A stretch of DNA of 64,000 nucleotides from Oscillospiraceae bacterium (lineage in GTDB: Bacteria; Bacillota; Clostridia; Oscillospirales; Acutalibacteraceae). Positions 31,301 through 39,641 of the stretch are shown one piece after another; position 1 is the stretch's first letter; each line of letters opens with the position of its first letter. A program made the position numbers and the translations under genes. The notes below the pieces were generated by a model that was not told where the DNA came from, made no database searches, and saw nothing but the letters and a program-made list of their open reading frames with translations. The stretch is taken from the NCBI GenBank assembly GCA_015066565.1, contig SVOB01000003.1, forward strand, positions 2,291 to 66,290, in the 5' to 3' direction.

Positions 31301-32151
31301 TGAATTTTAAGGATGTATCGCTTCCCGAAAGCACTCTGTCGGCTTTTGAAAGACTTATCGGGTCGGGAACCTTTCCCCATTCGACGTTGCTTACGGGAAA
31401 TGACGAGGGAAAACTCAAAACTGTCGCCGACGAATTGGCTTCGGCTCTTGTCTGCGAAAATAAGGACGCGCCCTGCGGGGTCTGTTCTCACTGTATAAAG
31501 AGCATGAAGAACGTTCACCCCGATATAAAAACGGTATCTCCCCGTGAAAAACGCAAGAGCGTCAATATGGAAGAATGCCGTGAAATGATTATGGACACCT
31601 TTGTTCTTCCCAACGAGGCGCAAAGAAAAATCTATATTATAATGAGCGCCCAGACGCTGGATGAAAAGGTGCAGAACGCTCTGCTTAAAATTCTTGAAGA
31701 GCCGCCGGAGTATGTTTACTTTATTCTGCTCTGCACCAATCCGAGCGCTATGCTCGGTACCGTTATGTCGAGAGTGAGTACGTTTTCGGTAGGCAACGGC
31801 GAAGAGGACGAAGCCGACGAAGAAGCGAAAAAGATTGCGCTTGAGCTTGTTTCGGCGTTACAGAGTATTAACGAAATTGATTTAATAAGGGCAACCGTCC
31901 CGCTTGACAGGGACAGAAAGCTTGTCAAAAAGACAATGGAAAGCTTTAAATCGCTCGTGAATACGGCTTTCAAAGCGCGTCAGGGCTTCGGCAGGGATGA
32001 AACGGGGCTTTCGGGAAGGTTTACGGGCGAAGAGCTTATGAACCTTAATAACAGCGCCGACGAAATTATTTCGGCGTGCGACAGAAACGCTAACGAAAAG
32101 CTTTTAATTACATTAATCAGCGCTTCCCTGAGGCGCTCAATCGGAGGATAA
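31297..32151 (+). CDS. holB: DNA polymerase III delta-prime subunit
   Basis: Zinc module CGVCSHC, LKILEEPP; synteny with darA and ricT. Confidence 0.8.
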   Translation: MMNFKDVSLPESTLSAFERLIGSGTFPHSTLLTGNDEGKLKTVADELASALVCENKDAPCGVCSHCIKSMKNVHPDIKTVSPREKRKSVNMEECREMIMDTFVLPNEAQRKIYIIMSAQTLDEKVQNALLKILEEPPEYVYFILLCTNPSAMLGTVMSRVSTFSVGNGEEDEADEEAKKIALELVSALQSINEIDLIRATVPLDRDRKLVKKTMESFKSLVNTAFKARQGFGRDETGLSGRFTGEELMNLNNSADEIISACDRNANEKLLITLISASLRRSIGG

Positions 32152-32152
32152 A

Positions 32153-33019
32153 ATGGCCAAGGTTGTTGGAATAAGATTTAAACAGGTCGGCAAGATTTAT
32201 TACTTTGACCCCGAGGATAAAGAATATAACGAGGGTGATTTCGCCATAGTTGAGACCGCCCGCGGAGTCGAGTGCGGCGAGATCGCTCTGTCTAACCGTG
32301 AGGTTGACGACGAGACAATCGTAAAGCCGCTTAAAACGGTTATAAGAAAGGCTACGGAAGAGGACCTCAAAACCGTTGAGGAAAACCGTGAAAAAGAAAA
32401 AAAGGCGTTTGACATCTGCCTTCAGAAAATAAAAAACCACGGGCTTGACATGAAGCTTGTCGAGGTTGAATATACATTTGATAACAGCAAAATTCTTTTC
32501 TATTTTACCGCTGACGGAAGAGTCGATTTCAGAGAGCTTGTCAAGGATCTGGCTTCGGTTTTCAGAACGAGAATTGAGCTTCGCCAGATAGGCGTAAGGG
32601 ACGAAAGCAAAATGCTCGGCGGCTTCGGCGTTTGCGGAAGACCGTTCTGCTGTAAAACATTTTTAGGTGAATTTCAGCCGGTTTCTATAAAGATGGCTAA
32701 GGAGCAGGGCTTGTCCCTCAATCCCGTTAAAATCAGCGGAACCTGCGGAAGACTTATGTGCTGTCTTAAATACGAGCAGGATTCTTATGAGCATCTTCTC
32801 AGGGTTACTCCCAAGGTCGGTGCTATAGTCGAAACTCAGGAGGGCAGGGGTACGGTAGTTGAGAACAACCTGCTTACAGGCGTTGTCAAGGTTCAGCTTG
32901 AAAGACGTCCCGAGGCCGCGCCGGCAATTTATGACAGACGCCAGGTGAAGATTATCCGTGACGCTAAAATCCAGATTGACGACAGTGAAATCGCCGAATT
33001 CAAGGATTTGAGCGATTAA
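32153..33019 (+). CDS. ricT: PSP1-domain regulator RicT (YaaT)
   Basis: PSP1 C-terminal domain with CGRPFCC and CGRLMCCL cysteine clusters. Confidence 0.9.
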   Translation: MAKVVGIRFKQVGKIYYFDPEDKEYNEGDFAIVETARGVECGEIALSNREVDDETIVKPLKTVIRKATEEDLKTVEENREKEKKAFDICLQKIKNHGLDMKLVEVEYTFDNSKILFYFTADGRVDFRELVKDLASVFRTRIELRQIGVRDESKMLGGFGVCGRPFCCKTFLGEFQPVSIKMAKEQGLSLNPVKISGTCGRLMCCLKYEQDSYEHLLRVTPKVGAIVETQEGRGTVVENNLLTGVVKVQLERRPEAAPAIYDRRQVKIIRDAKIQIDDSEIAEFKDLSD

Positions 33020-33112
33020 AAAAATTAGCAGAGGCTAACCGAAAAATATCTTGCAATTGCATATCGTGTTTGTTACAATGTGTTTGAAATTATTAAAGAG
33101 GAGGTAATTGTA

Positions 33113-33283
33113 ATGGCATATAAGATTTCTGACGATTGCATCTCCTGTGGTGCATGCGCAGCTGAATGCCCTGTTGAGGCTATTTCAGAGGGCGATTCAA
33201 AGTACGTTATTGACGAAAATGCTTGCATTTCCTGCGGTAACTGTGCTGATGTCTGCCCCGTAGGCGCTCCTGCAGAGGACTAA
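33113..33283 (+). CDS. 2x[4Fe-4S] ferredoxin
   Basis: CISCGACAAECP and CISCGNCADVCP. ATG 33113 follows AGGAGG. Confidence 0.9.
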   Translation: MAYKISDDCISCGACAAECPVEAISEGDSKYVIDENACISCGNCADVCPVGAPAED

Positions 33284-33296
33284 TTACATAAGATTT

Positions 33297-33328
33297 AAGG
33301 ACCGTTCACAAGAACGGTCCTTTTTTCT
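33297..33328. terminator. Bidirectional terminator
   Basis: AAGGACCGTTC-acaa-GAACGGTCCTTTTTT. Confidence 0.9.
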
Positions 33329-33335
33329 TTTTAAC

Positions 33336-34157
33336 CTACATTGAGCAACCGCAGGAGGGATTGTTCGGCTCGCTTCTGTCAAGCTCTCTCTCGTTGGGAG
33401 GGAAGAACTCGTTAAGCGGAAAGTCGATTTTCCTGAAGGTTTCGCACGGGTCGTCAGTTTCGCAGGTACATTCCTTATCCGGAATACAGAAGTCGTAAGC
33501 GGGAATAAGCATCTGGACGTCACGCTCAAGCTGAATTATGGTGAAAAGACCGAGCGTTACGGCTACGGCTCTGTCAGCCTGAAGTGTGATTTCGCCGTCA
33601 AAGCAACGGCAGATTGAGCGGGGCAAAGCTCTGTTTGACGAGAAAAGATTATCGCAGCACTCGTTTCTTGAGCAGAGCTTGGCGTCAAGACAAATCGGGT
33701 CAACCGTCTGAACCTTGGCTCTCGGGTTATTTGAAATAACGGGCAGCTGCTCGTCAATTTCGTCGGCGGCGTATTCCGAAGAGAATACTCTTACGTCGCC
33801 CTCGCTTCCGTAGAGAATACATTTCTTTGAGTATGTTGAAAGACCGCTTACGGTCACGGGCGGCGCCATGGGCGAAGAAAATGCGTCAAGCGTAACCCTG
33901 AAGAAAAACGTTACGTCAACCGAATAACAACCCCTGTTAAACGGAACTCTTTCGACCTCAACAAAGGCGTTGAGAATTTCGCATCCTCTGCAACGGATGC
34001 TCGTTGCGTTGTTTATAATTCCCTGTGTGTTCTCGGTGAAATAGACTCTTAAATCGGCAAGACAGTCCTTATCGGCGCAGGAGTCATAGACTCTGTTGGT
34101 GTCAATACAGACCGCTTCGCGGATTTGTCTTTTACCGCAATTTTTGTTGTCGGGCAT
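33336..34157 (-). CDS. Cysteine-rich hypothetical protein (20 Cys in 273 aa)
   Basis: Long ORF with its own terminator; motifs VCIDTNRVYDSCADKDC, CC, CRC, CTC and C-terminal CGC. Family not recognised. Confidence 0.5.
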   Translation of the reverse strand: MPDNKNCGKRQIREAVCIDTNRVYDSCADKDCLADLRVYFTENTQGIINNATSIRCRGCEILNAFVEVERVPFNRGCYSVDVTFFFRVTLDAFSSPMAPPVTVSGLSTYSKKCILYGSEGDVRVFSSEYAADEIDEQLPVISNNPRAKVQTVDPICLDAKLCSRNECCDNLFSSNRALPRSICRCFDGEITLQADRAVAVTLGLFTIIQLERDVQMLIPAYDFCIPDKECTCETDDPCETFRKIDFPLNEFFPPNERELDRSEPNNPSCGCSM

Positions 34158-34335
34158 TAAAACTCCTCCTGAAAAATATTCAAAGTTAAAAACTTCAATA
34201 ACATTTTATGTATAACGTTCCTTTAGGTTACACTTTAACAAAAATAGCCTTATTTTTTCATTAATATTGATATTTGAATAATGGCAGGATTTGCTATATA
34301 ATTAAAAGGTAATATATTTTCGGGAGGGCGTTATT

Positions 34336-36012
34336 ATGGCAAATAATCAATGGTATAAAGAACTGGCGGTTTATCAGATCTGGCCGAGGTCATTTAAGGA
34401 CGGCAACGGCGACGGAATAGGCGACCTCTGGGGCGTTCTTGAAGAGCTTGACTACATAAAGAGCCTCGGCGTTGACGCAATCTGGTTTTCGCCGCTTTAC
34501 TGCTCGCCGAACGCAGACTACGGCTACGATATTTCGGATTACAGAAAAATCAGCCCCGAATACGGCGATAACGAGTTATTTAAAAAGGTTCTTGACGAAG
34601 CCCATAAGAGAGGGCTTAAAATCATTATGGACCTTGTTATAAACCACACCTCGGACGAGCACGAATGGTTTATCGAGAGTAAAAAGAGTAAGGATAACCC
34701 GTATCACGACTACTATTTCTGGCGTGACGGCAAGGGCAAGGACGGCAAAAAGCCCCCGAACAACTGGCTTAGCGTTTTTGAGGGCGGCGCCTGGGAATAC
34801 AACGAGGATTTAAAGCAGTATTACCTTCACGTCTTCGCCAAAAAGCAGGTTGACTTAAATATGGATAATCCGAAGGTCAGGGAAGAAGTTAAGGATATTA
34901 TGCGTTTCTGGCTCGATATGGGCGTTGACGGCTTCAGAGAGGACGTTATTACGTTTATTTCAAAGGCAGAGGGACTTCCCAACGGCTTCCCGCTTCCGAT
35001 AGGCACGGGACTTGAGCACTATAAAAAGGGACCGCATATTCACGAGTATCTTTCGGAATTCCGTCATGACGTGCTTGATAAATACGATTGCTTCGTAGTC
35101 GGCGAGTCACCTATGACTAACGCTAAAACGGCGCTCGAATTTACCGACGAGCACGGCGATAAGGAGCTTGATATGATGTTCCTTTTCGACCATATGGAAG
35201 CGGACTGCTTTATGACGGACACTATCCATATGCCCTTTAACCTCAAGAGAATGAAAAAGGCTTTCACGGGCTGGCATAAGACACTTGACGGCAAGGGCTG
35301 GCCTGCGCTTTACCTTGAAAATCACGACCACCCGAGAATTGTTGACCGTTACGGCGACCTCAATTACAGGGTTGAGAGCGCTAAGATGCTCGCTACAATG
35401 TGCTATATGCAAAGCGGTACGGTTTTCATCTATCAGGGTCAGGAAATCGGTATGACGAATTTCCACCTCGACAGCCTTGACCAGTTCAAGGACGTTGTTA
35501 CCTTCAACAACTATAAGCTGTTTAAAAAGCTCGGCTTCTCGGATAATTTCTATCTTAAGGTAGCAAATAAGACCAGCCGTGAAAACGGAAGAACTCCCGT
35601 TCAGTGGACGGACGACAAATACGCAGGCTTCTCAACTGTTGAGCCGTGGTTCCACCTTAACCCGAATTATAAGCAGATTAACGTAAAGCAGGCTGAGGCG
35701 GACGAGAACTCGATTCTCAATTATTACAGAAAGCTTCTCAAATTCCGTAAGGAAAATCCGATTGTCATTTACGGCGATTATAAGGAGCATTACGCTTCAA
35801 GCGATAAGATGTATGTTTATGAGAGGAACTATGAGGGCAAGAGAATGCTCGTTGTTTCCTCGTTCTCGGACAAGGCGCTTCGCTTCGACGCTCCCGAAGG
35901 ATTTAATCTTTCAGAGGGTAAAAAGGTTCTCGGCAACTATTCAACCGAAAAGATTATTGACAATGGCTTTATTATGAATCCGTATGAAACAAGGGTTTAT
36001 CTGTTTGAATAA
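34336..36012 (+). CDS. GH13 oligo-1,6-glucosidase / alpha-glucosidase
   Basis: DLVINHTSDEH, GVDGFREDVI, VGESP, ENHDHPR. Confidence 0.9.
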   Translation: MANNQWYKELAVYQIWPRSFKDGNGDGIGDLWGVLEELDYIKSLGVDAIWFSPLYCSPNADYGYDISDYRKISPEYGDNELFKKVLDEAHKRGLKIIMDLVINHTSDEHEWFIESKKSKDNPYHDYYFWRDGKGKDGKKPPNNWLSVFEGGAWEYNEDLKQYYLHVFAKKQVDLNMDNPKVREEVKDIMRFWLDMGVDGFREDVITFISKAEGLPNGFPLPIGTGLEHYKKGPHIHEYLSEFRHDVLDKYDCFVVGESPMTNAKTALEFTDEHGDKELDMMFLFDHMEADCFMTDTIHMPFNLKRMKKAFTGWHKTLDGKGWPALYLENHDHPRIVDRYGDLNYRVESAKMLATMCYMQSGTVFIYQGQEIGMTNFHLDSLDQFKDVVTFNNYKLFKKLGFSDNFYLKVANKTSRENGRTPVQWTDDKYAGFSTVEPWFHLNPNYKQINVKQAEADENSILNYYRKLLKFRKENPIVIYGDYKEHYASSDKMYVYERNYEGKRMLVVSSFSDKALRFDAPEGFNLSEGKKVLGNYSTEKIIDNGFIMNPYETRVYLFE

Positions 36013-36044
36013 ATTTTTTTAAAGCGTTGAAAATAACCGTAGAA

Positions 36045-36176
36045 GCCTTCTCCTTGAGGAGAAGGTGGCGGCGAAGCCGACGGATGAGGTGTAGCCACGA
36101 AGTGGCGTTATAATATATATTCCACCTCATCAGTTTCGCCGCTTTGCTCCTCAACAGCTTCCCCTCAAGGGGAAGC
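36045..36176. mobile_element. MITE-like, protein-less relative of the DUF559 element (family B)
   Basis: 47-54 nt inverted arms. Each has a hairpin CCTTCTCC/GGAGAAGG or CTTCCCC/GGGGAAG, then a TGGCGGCG...GACGGATGAGGTG-type segment. They flank a 31-nt core. Imperfect flanking repeat AAAATAACCG / AAAAAACCG. Confidence 0.55.
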
Positions 36177-36178
36177 CG

Positions 36179-36214
36179 AAAAAACCGACATTCCAAAACG
36201 GAATGTCGGTTTTA
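36179..36214. terminator. Bidirectional terminator
   Basis: AAAAAACCGACATTCC-aaaac-GGAATGTCGGTTTT. Confidence 0.85.
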
Positions 36215-36219
36215 TTATT

Positions 36220-36783
36220 CTATTCTTCCCAGCTTTTAATGTCAATCACAATCGGTTTGTGGTGGACGCGGGGGAGGTATTTTTCAAAAATATCGCTTGT
36301 TTTGATTTTAAGGGTCGAGGTGTTTATGCACGGGTGACAGCGGATGAACTCGCTGTCGTAAATATCCTTGTCAACAACAAGCTGAACACGGTTGTTCTTA
36401 TCGTTCATAAGCCCCATAATGCTCACCGAGCCGGGCGTAATATCAAGAAATTCTTCCATATATTCGGGCTTTCCGAACGAAAGACGCGAAACGCCTAAAA
36501 GCTTTGAAACAACCGCCGTGCGAAAGGGTTTGAGGGCGGGCATAAGAAGAACATAGAAAACAGTTTCCTGCCTGTTACAGAGAAAAAGGTTTTTGCAAAT
36601 CTGAACGCCTATGACCTCTTCGATTTTCTGACAGTCCTCAATCGTGTCGGCGTGGGAGTGGTCGGCTCGCTGGTATTCAATCCCGAGCTCGTCGAGCAAA
36701 TCGTAAACACGCTCTTCCTTATCTATTCTCTTTTCTTCGGGTCGCCCGTCGTAAAGCACGGGGTCAACATAAAATTCACTCAT
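36220..36783 (-). CDS. YbaK/ProX-like aminoacyl-tRNA editing domain protein
   Basis: Prolyl-tRNA synthetase associated domain layout (CKNLFLCNRQ..., ITPGSVSIMGL). Confidence 0.7.
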   Translation of the reverse strand: MSEFYVDPVLYDGRPEEKRIDKEERVYDLLDELGIEYQRADHSHADTIEDCQKIEEVIGVQICKNLFLCNRQETVFYVLLMPALKPFRTAVVSKLLGVSRLSFGKPEYMEEFLDITPGSVSIMGLMNDKNNRVQLVVDKDIYDSEFIRCHPCINTSTLKIKTSDIFEKYLPRVHHKPIVIDIKSWEE

Positions 36784-37724
36784 TTTTCCGTTTTCACTTT
36801 CGTCTTTTCTTTTTTGTTTTCAACCATATAGGACCTGAAAAACTCGGTCATTTCGTCGTTGGTTTCCTTGCTCTGAGGGAATTCGGGATTCGTTACGTTA
36901 AAAACGTGGGGAAGCGCCCTTTCCTTGATTTTACCCCAATAGCGGAACATATGCTCCCTGTTGTTTTCGGTTAAAACCCTGTCGAGATGAAGCGACTGGA
37001 AGTTATAAATATCCTGCTTACTGCTCACAAGATAGAACGGCGGAAGATTTTTTACCGACACAAGGTTCTTGAACGAGGTGTAATAGAGCCTTCTGTCCCT
37101 TAAATTCTTGCCGAACATCATTTTTCCGTACTGGCGAAGAAGCGGAACAGGGGATTTTAAGAACATATCCATATTCGTTACCGCGCAGATACAGCCGACG
37201 GCTCTTATCGGGAACAAAACGGGTTTAACGTCATAAACTGCGCTGTATTCCTTTGAGAGATTGACGGCGGTTGTAAGCGAAGCGAGATGACCGCCCGCCG
37301 AGTCGCCGACAAGGAAAACGTTATTCATATCAAGGGGATATTTTGAAGCGTTTTCTTCGATAAAATGAAGCGCCGCAAAAATATCCTGAACCTGACCGAA
37401 AACGGTTGCGTCGGGTACAAGTCGGTAACTTATATTTACTACTGCAAAGCCGCGTGAAGCAATATCAAGACAGAAATATTTATTCAGCTCCTTGTCGCCG
37501 TAAACCCAGCCTCCGCCGTGAATATCAATAATCACGGGCAGTTTTTCCTTTGTGCCCTCGGGGTAATAAATGTCAAGCAGGTGCATTCTTTCTCCGTCGT
37601 CAATATAGGCGAGGTTGTTTATTTCTTCAATGCCCTTTGTCGGGGTCTGCTTCGATTTTCTCTCGGCGTCGCCCTCGCGTATCATATTCCACATTTTGAA
37701 AATGAGCTTTCTGTGAATGTTCAT
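36780..37724 (-). CDS. Alpha/beta hydrolase (HSL-type esterase/lipase)
   Basis: Oxyanion HGGGW and nucleophile elbow GDSAGG. Confidence 0.8.
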   Translation of the reverse strand: MNIHRKLIFKMWNMIREGDAERKSKQTPTKGIEEINNLAYIDDGERMHLLDIYYPEGTKEKLPVIIDIHGGGWVYGDKELNKYFCLDIASRGFAVVNISYRLVPDATVFGQVQDIFAALHFIEENASKYPLDMNNVFLVGDSAGGHLASLTTAVNLSKEYSAVYDVKPVLFPIRAVGCICAVTNMDMFLKSPVPLLRQYGKMMFGKNLRDRRLYYTSFKNLVSVKNLPPFYLVSSKQDIYNFQSLHLDRVLTENNREHMFRYWGKIKERALPHVFNVTNPEFPQSKETNDEMTEFFRSYMVENKKEKTKVKTEK

Positions 37725-37855
37725 AACAGCACCCCCGTTTTTTATTAGTTTTAATATAACACAAAATACCGAAAAATAAAAGTGTTCGATTTAACGGATT
37801 GTAAATATAAGCCGATTATGTTAAAATAAATTATCTTTTTTGTGAGGAAAAAGCT

Positions 37856-39148
37856 ATGTTCAGTCATTTTGAAAATATCGACCTGACCTTTCTTTTCGAT
37901 AAGGAGGGCTCGCTTTCGGGCTTCGTTTCAAAGGTGCTTGATTCGTCAAGAATTATAAGCGGCTACGGCGGTTTTTATCTTTATTCAAGCATAGGCGACC
38001 CGGAATTTGAAATCATTTCCGATATCGACGAGAAAAATAAGGAATTACAGCTCGCTTCAATGGAAACCCATATCTGCGGCGACAACGTATGGGAAATGGC
38101 GGTTGCAACCGACATTACCGACAAAAACGCCCATAAAATGAAAAGAAGTCTTGTTTTCCGCAACGCCGAAACGGGCGAGGGACTTGTTCCAATAGGGCTT
38201 CGGTTTTCGGACGTCGTTCCGTCGTTTCTTCCCGACGATATTATAAAAATGCAGGTTGTTGCGTTTGCGGAGTCAATTGACCTTTACAAAACCGAGGAAG
38301 ATTATTTTTCCGCCTGTGAAAAGGATGAAAACGGAAACGTTGTCGAGCCGGGCAACGGCGTGATTTTTCCGTCGGGACTTGTTCATAACCATACCCGTTC
38401 GGCCGAAACGGGCGACGGCTCAAATGATACGGCTGTTTCGGATTTGTATGTCGTTCTTCGCTCAAAAATCAAAAGGATTTCAAGGGGCGGAATGACTAAC
38501 TGGTGGAAAACCGACGACGAGCCCGAACAGAGCTTTCACACCTTTTATTCAGTCACTGTTGACACACTCTACGGCGAAATCGACATTATTGTCGGTGTAA
38601 GCCAGCTGACCGAGGAACAGAAGCCGCTTTTAAAGGAAGGCTCGGTTATTTATACGGTCTGTACCTTGAGCGGCGACGTAGTCCTCGACGAATTTGAAAA
38701 CGGCGCTTTATATAACGAGGAATGTGATTTAAGGCTTATCCGTCAGGGGCTTGTAAGCGGAGAAATTGACAGGACATTTGAGGCATTTGACGAAAACGCC
38801 TCGTTTGAATTTTCCTCCGAAAATATTGAGGCAAGCGGAAAAGCCGAAGCCTTTAAGGAACTGAAAAAATACTGTTCTTCAAAGGAGAGGTTTATTACGG
38901 CTCTCGCTTCGGCTTCGGTTGTTTTTGATGACGGAAGCGTCGATTATACAAGCACAAGGCGGTGCGTCGCCGTTTCCTACGGGAACGAAATCGCCGAGCA
39001 TCTGATTTTTATCGACACTGATGAAAAGGGAAAAATCGCCCGTCTGAAAATTGTTTCGGCTCTCGGTTATGAACTGAGAATTGACAAGCCTGAATACGAA
39101 TATGACGACGACCTCTACGGCGAGGACGGCTTCGGAGATATGAATTAA
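37856..39148 (+). CDS. Hypothetical acidic cytoplasmic protein
   Basis: 430-aa ORF preceded by GAGGAAAAAGCT; no recognisable motif. Confidence 0.45.
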   Translation: MFSHFENIDLTFLFDKEGSLSGFVSKVLDSSRIISGYGGFYLYSSIGDPEFEIISDIDEKNKELQLASMETHICGDNVWEMAVATDITDKNAHKMKRSLVFRNAETGEGLVPIGLRFSDVVPSFLPDDIIKMQVVAFAESIDLYKTEEDYFSACEKDENGNVVEPGNGVIFPSGLVHNHTRSAETGDGSNDTAVSDLYVVLRSKIKRISRGGMTNWWKTDDEPEQSFHTFYSVTVDTLYGEIDIIVGVSQLTEEQKPLLKEGSVIYTVCTLSGDVVLDEFENGALYNEECDLRLIRQGLVSGEIDRTFEAFDENASFEFSSENIEASGKAEAFKELKKYCSSKERFITALASASVVFDDGSVDYTSTRRCVAVSYGNEIAEHLIFIDTDEKGKIARLKIVSALGYELRIDKPEYEYDDDLYGEDGFGDMN

Positions 39149-39160
39149 AAAAACAGTAAG

Positions 39161-39604
39161 CCTCCCTTGTGTAAAGGGAGGTGCCGAGGAACGAGGCGGA
39201 GGGATTGTCAAATGGATAGGAAACACAATAAAAATCTTGTGGCATATGCAAGAGAACTGAGAAATAATATGACAAAAGAGGAAAGACATTTGTGGTATGA
39301 CTTTTTACGTGATTATCCTGTTCGTTTTTCCCGTCAAAAGATACTCGGTAAATATATAGTTGACTTTTATTCTGCATCGGCAAAAATAATCATTGAACTT
39401 GACGGCTCTCAGCATTATGGAGATATTGGAAAGGAATATGATGGCAGACGGGATAAGTATCTTGAGGAATACGGGATGAAAATTATTCGTATTCCAAATA
39501 ATGAAATAAACGAGAATTTTTACGGAGTTTGTGAATATTTGGACAATGAAATAAAACAATCCCTCAGTCAGCTGCGCTGACAGCTCCCTTTACACAAAGG
39601 AGCC
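39161..39604 (+). mobile_element. DUF559-endonuclease mini-element bounded by 47-nt inverted arms (family B)
   Basis: Arms 39161-39207 and 39557-39604 (outer 20/22, inner 9/9 identical as reverse complements). Flanking direct repeat AAAAAAACAG at 39147-56 and 39606-15. Confidence 0.6.
39212..39580 (+). CDS. DUF559 (Vsr-like) endonuclease-domain protein
   Basis: LRNNMTKEERHLW...VDFY...IIELDGSQH...D..RDKYLEEYGMKIIRIPNNEI. The ORF-track start 39167 lies inside the left arm. Confidence 0.8.
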   Translation: MDRKHNKNLVAYARELRNNMTKEERHLWYDFLRDYPVRFSRQKILGKYIVDFYSASAKIIIELDGSQHYGDIGKEYDGRRDKYLEEYGMKIIRIPNNEINENFYGVCEYLDNEIKQSLSQLR

Positions 39605-39636
39605 AAAAAAAACAGACCTTTGCAGGTCTGTTTTTT
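39605..39636. terminator. Bidirectional terminator
   Basis: AAAAAAAACAGACCT-ttg-CAGGTCTGTTTTTT. Confidence 0.85.
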
Positions 39637-39641
39637 AGTTA

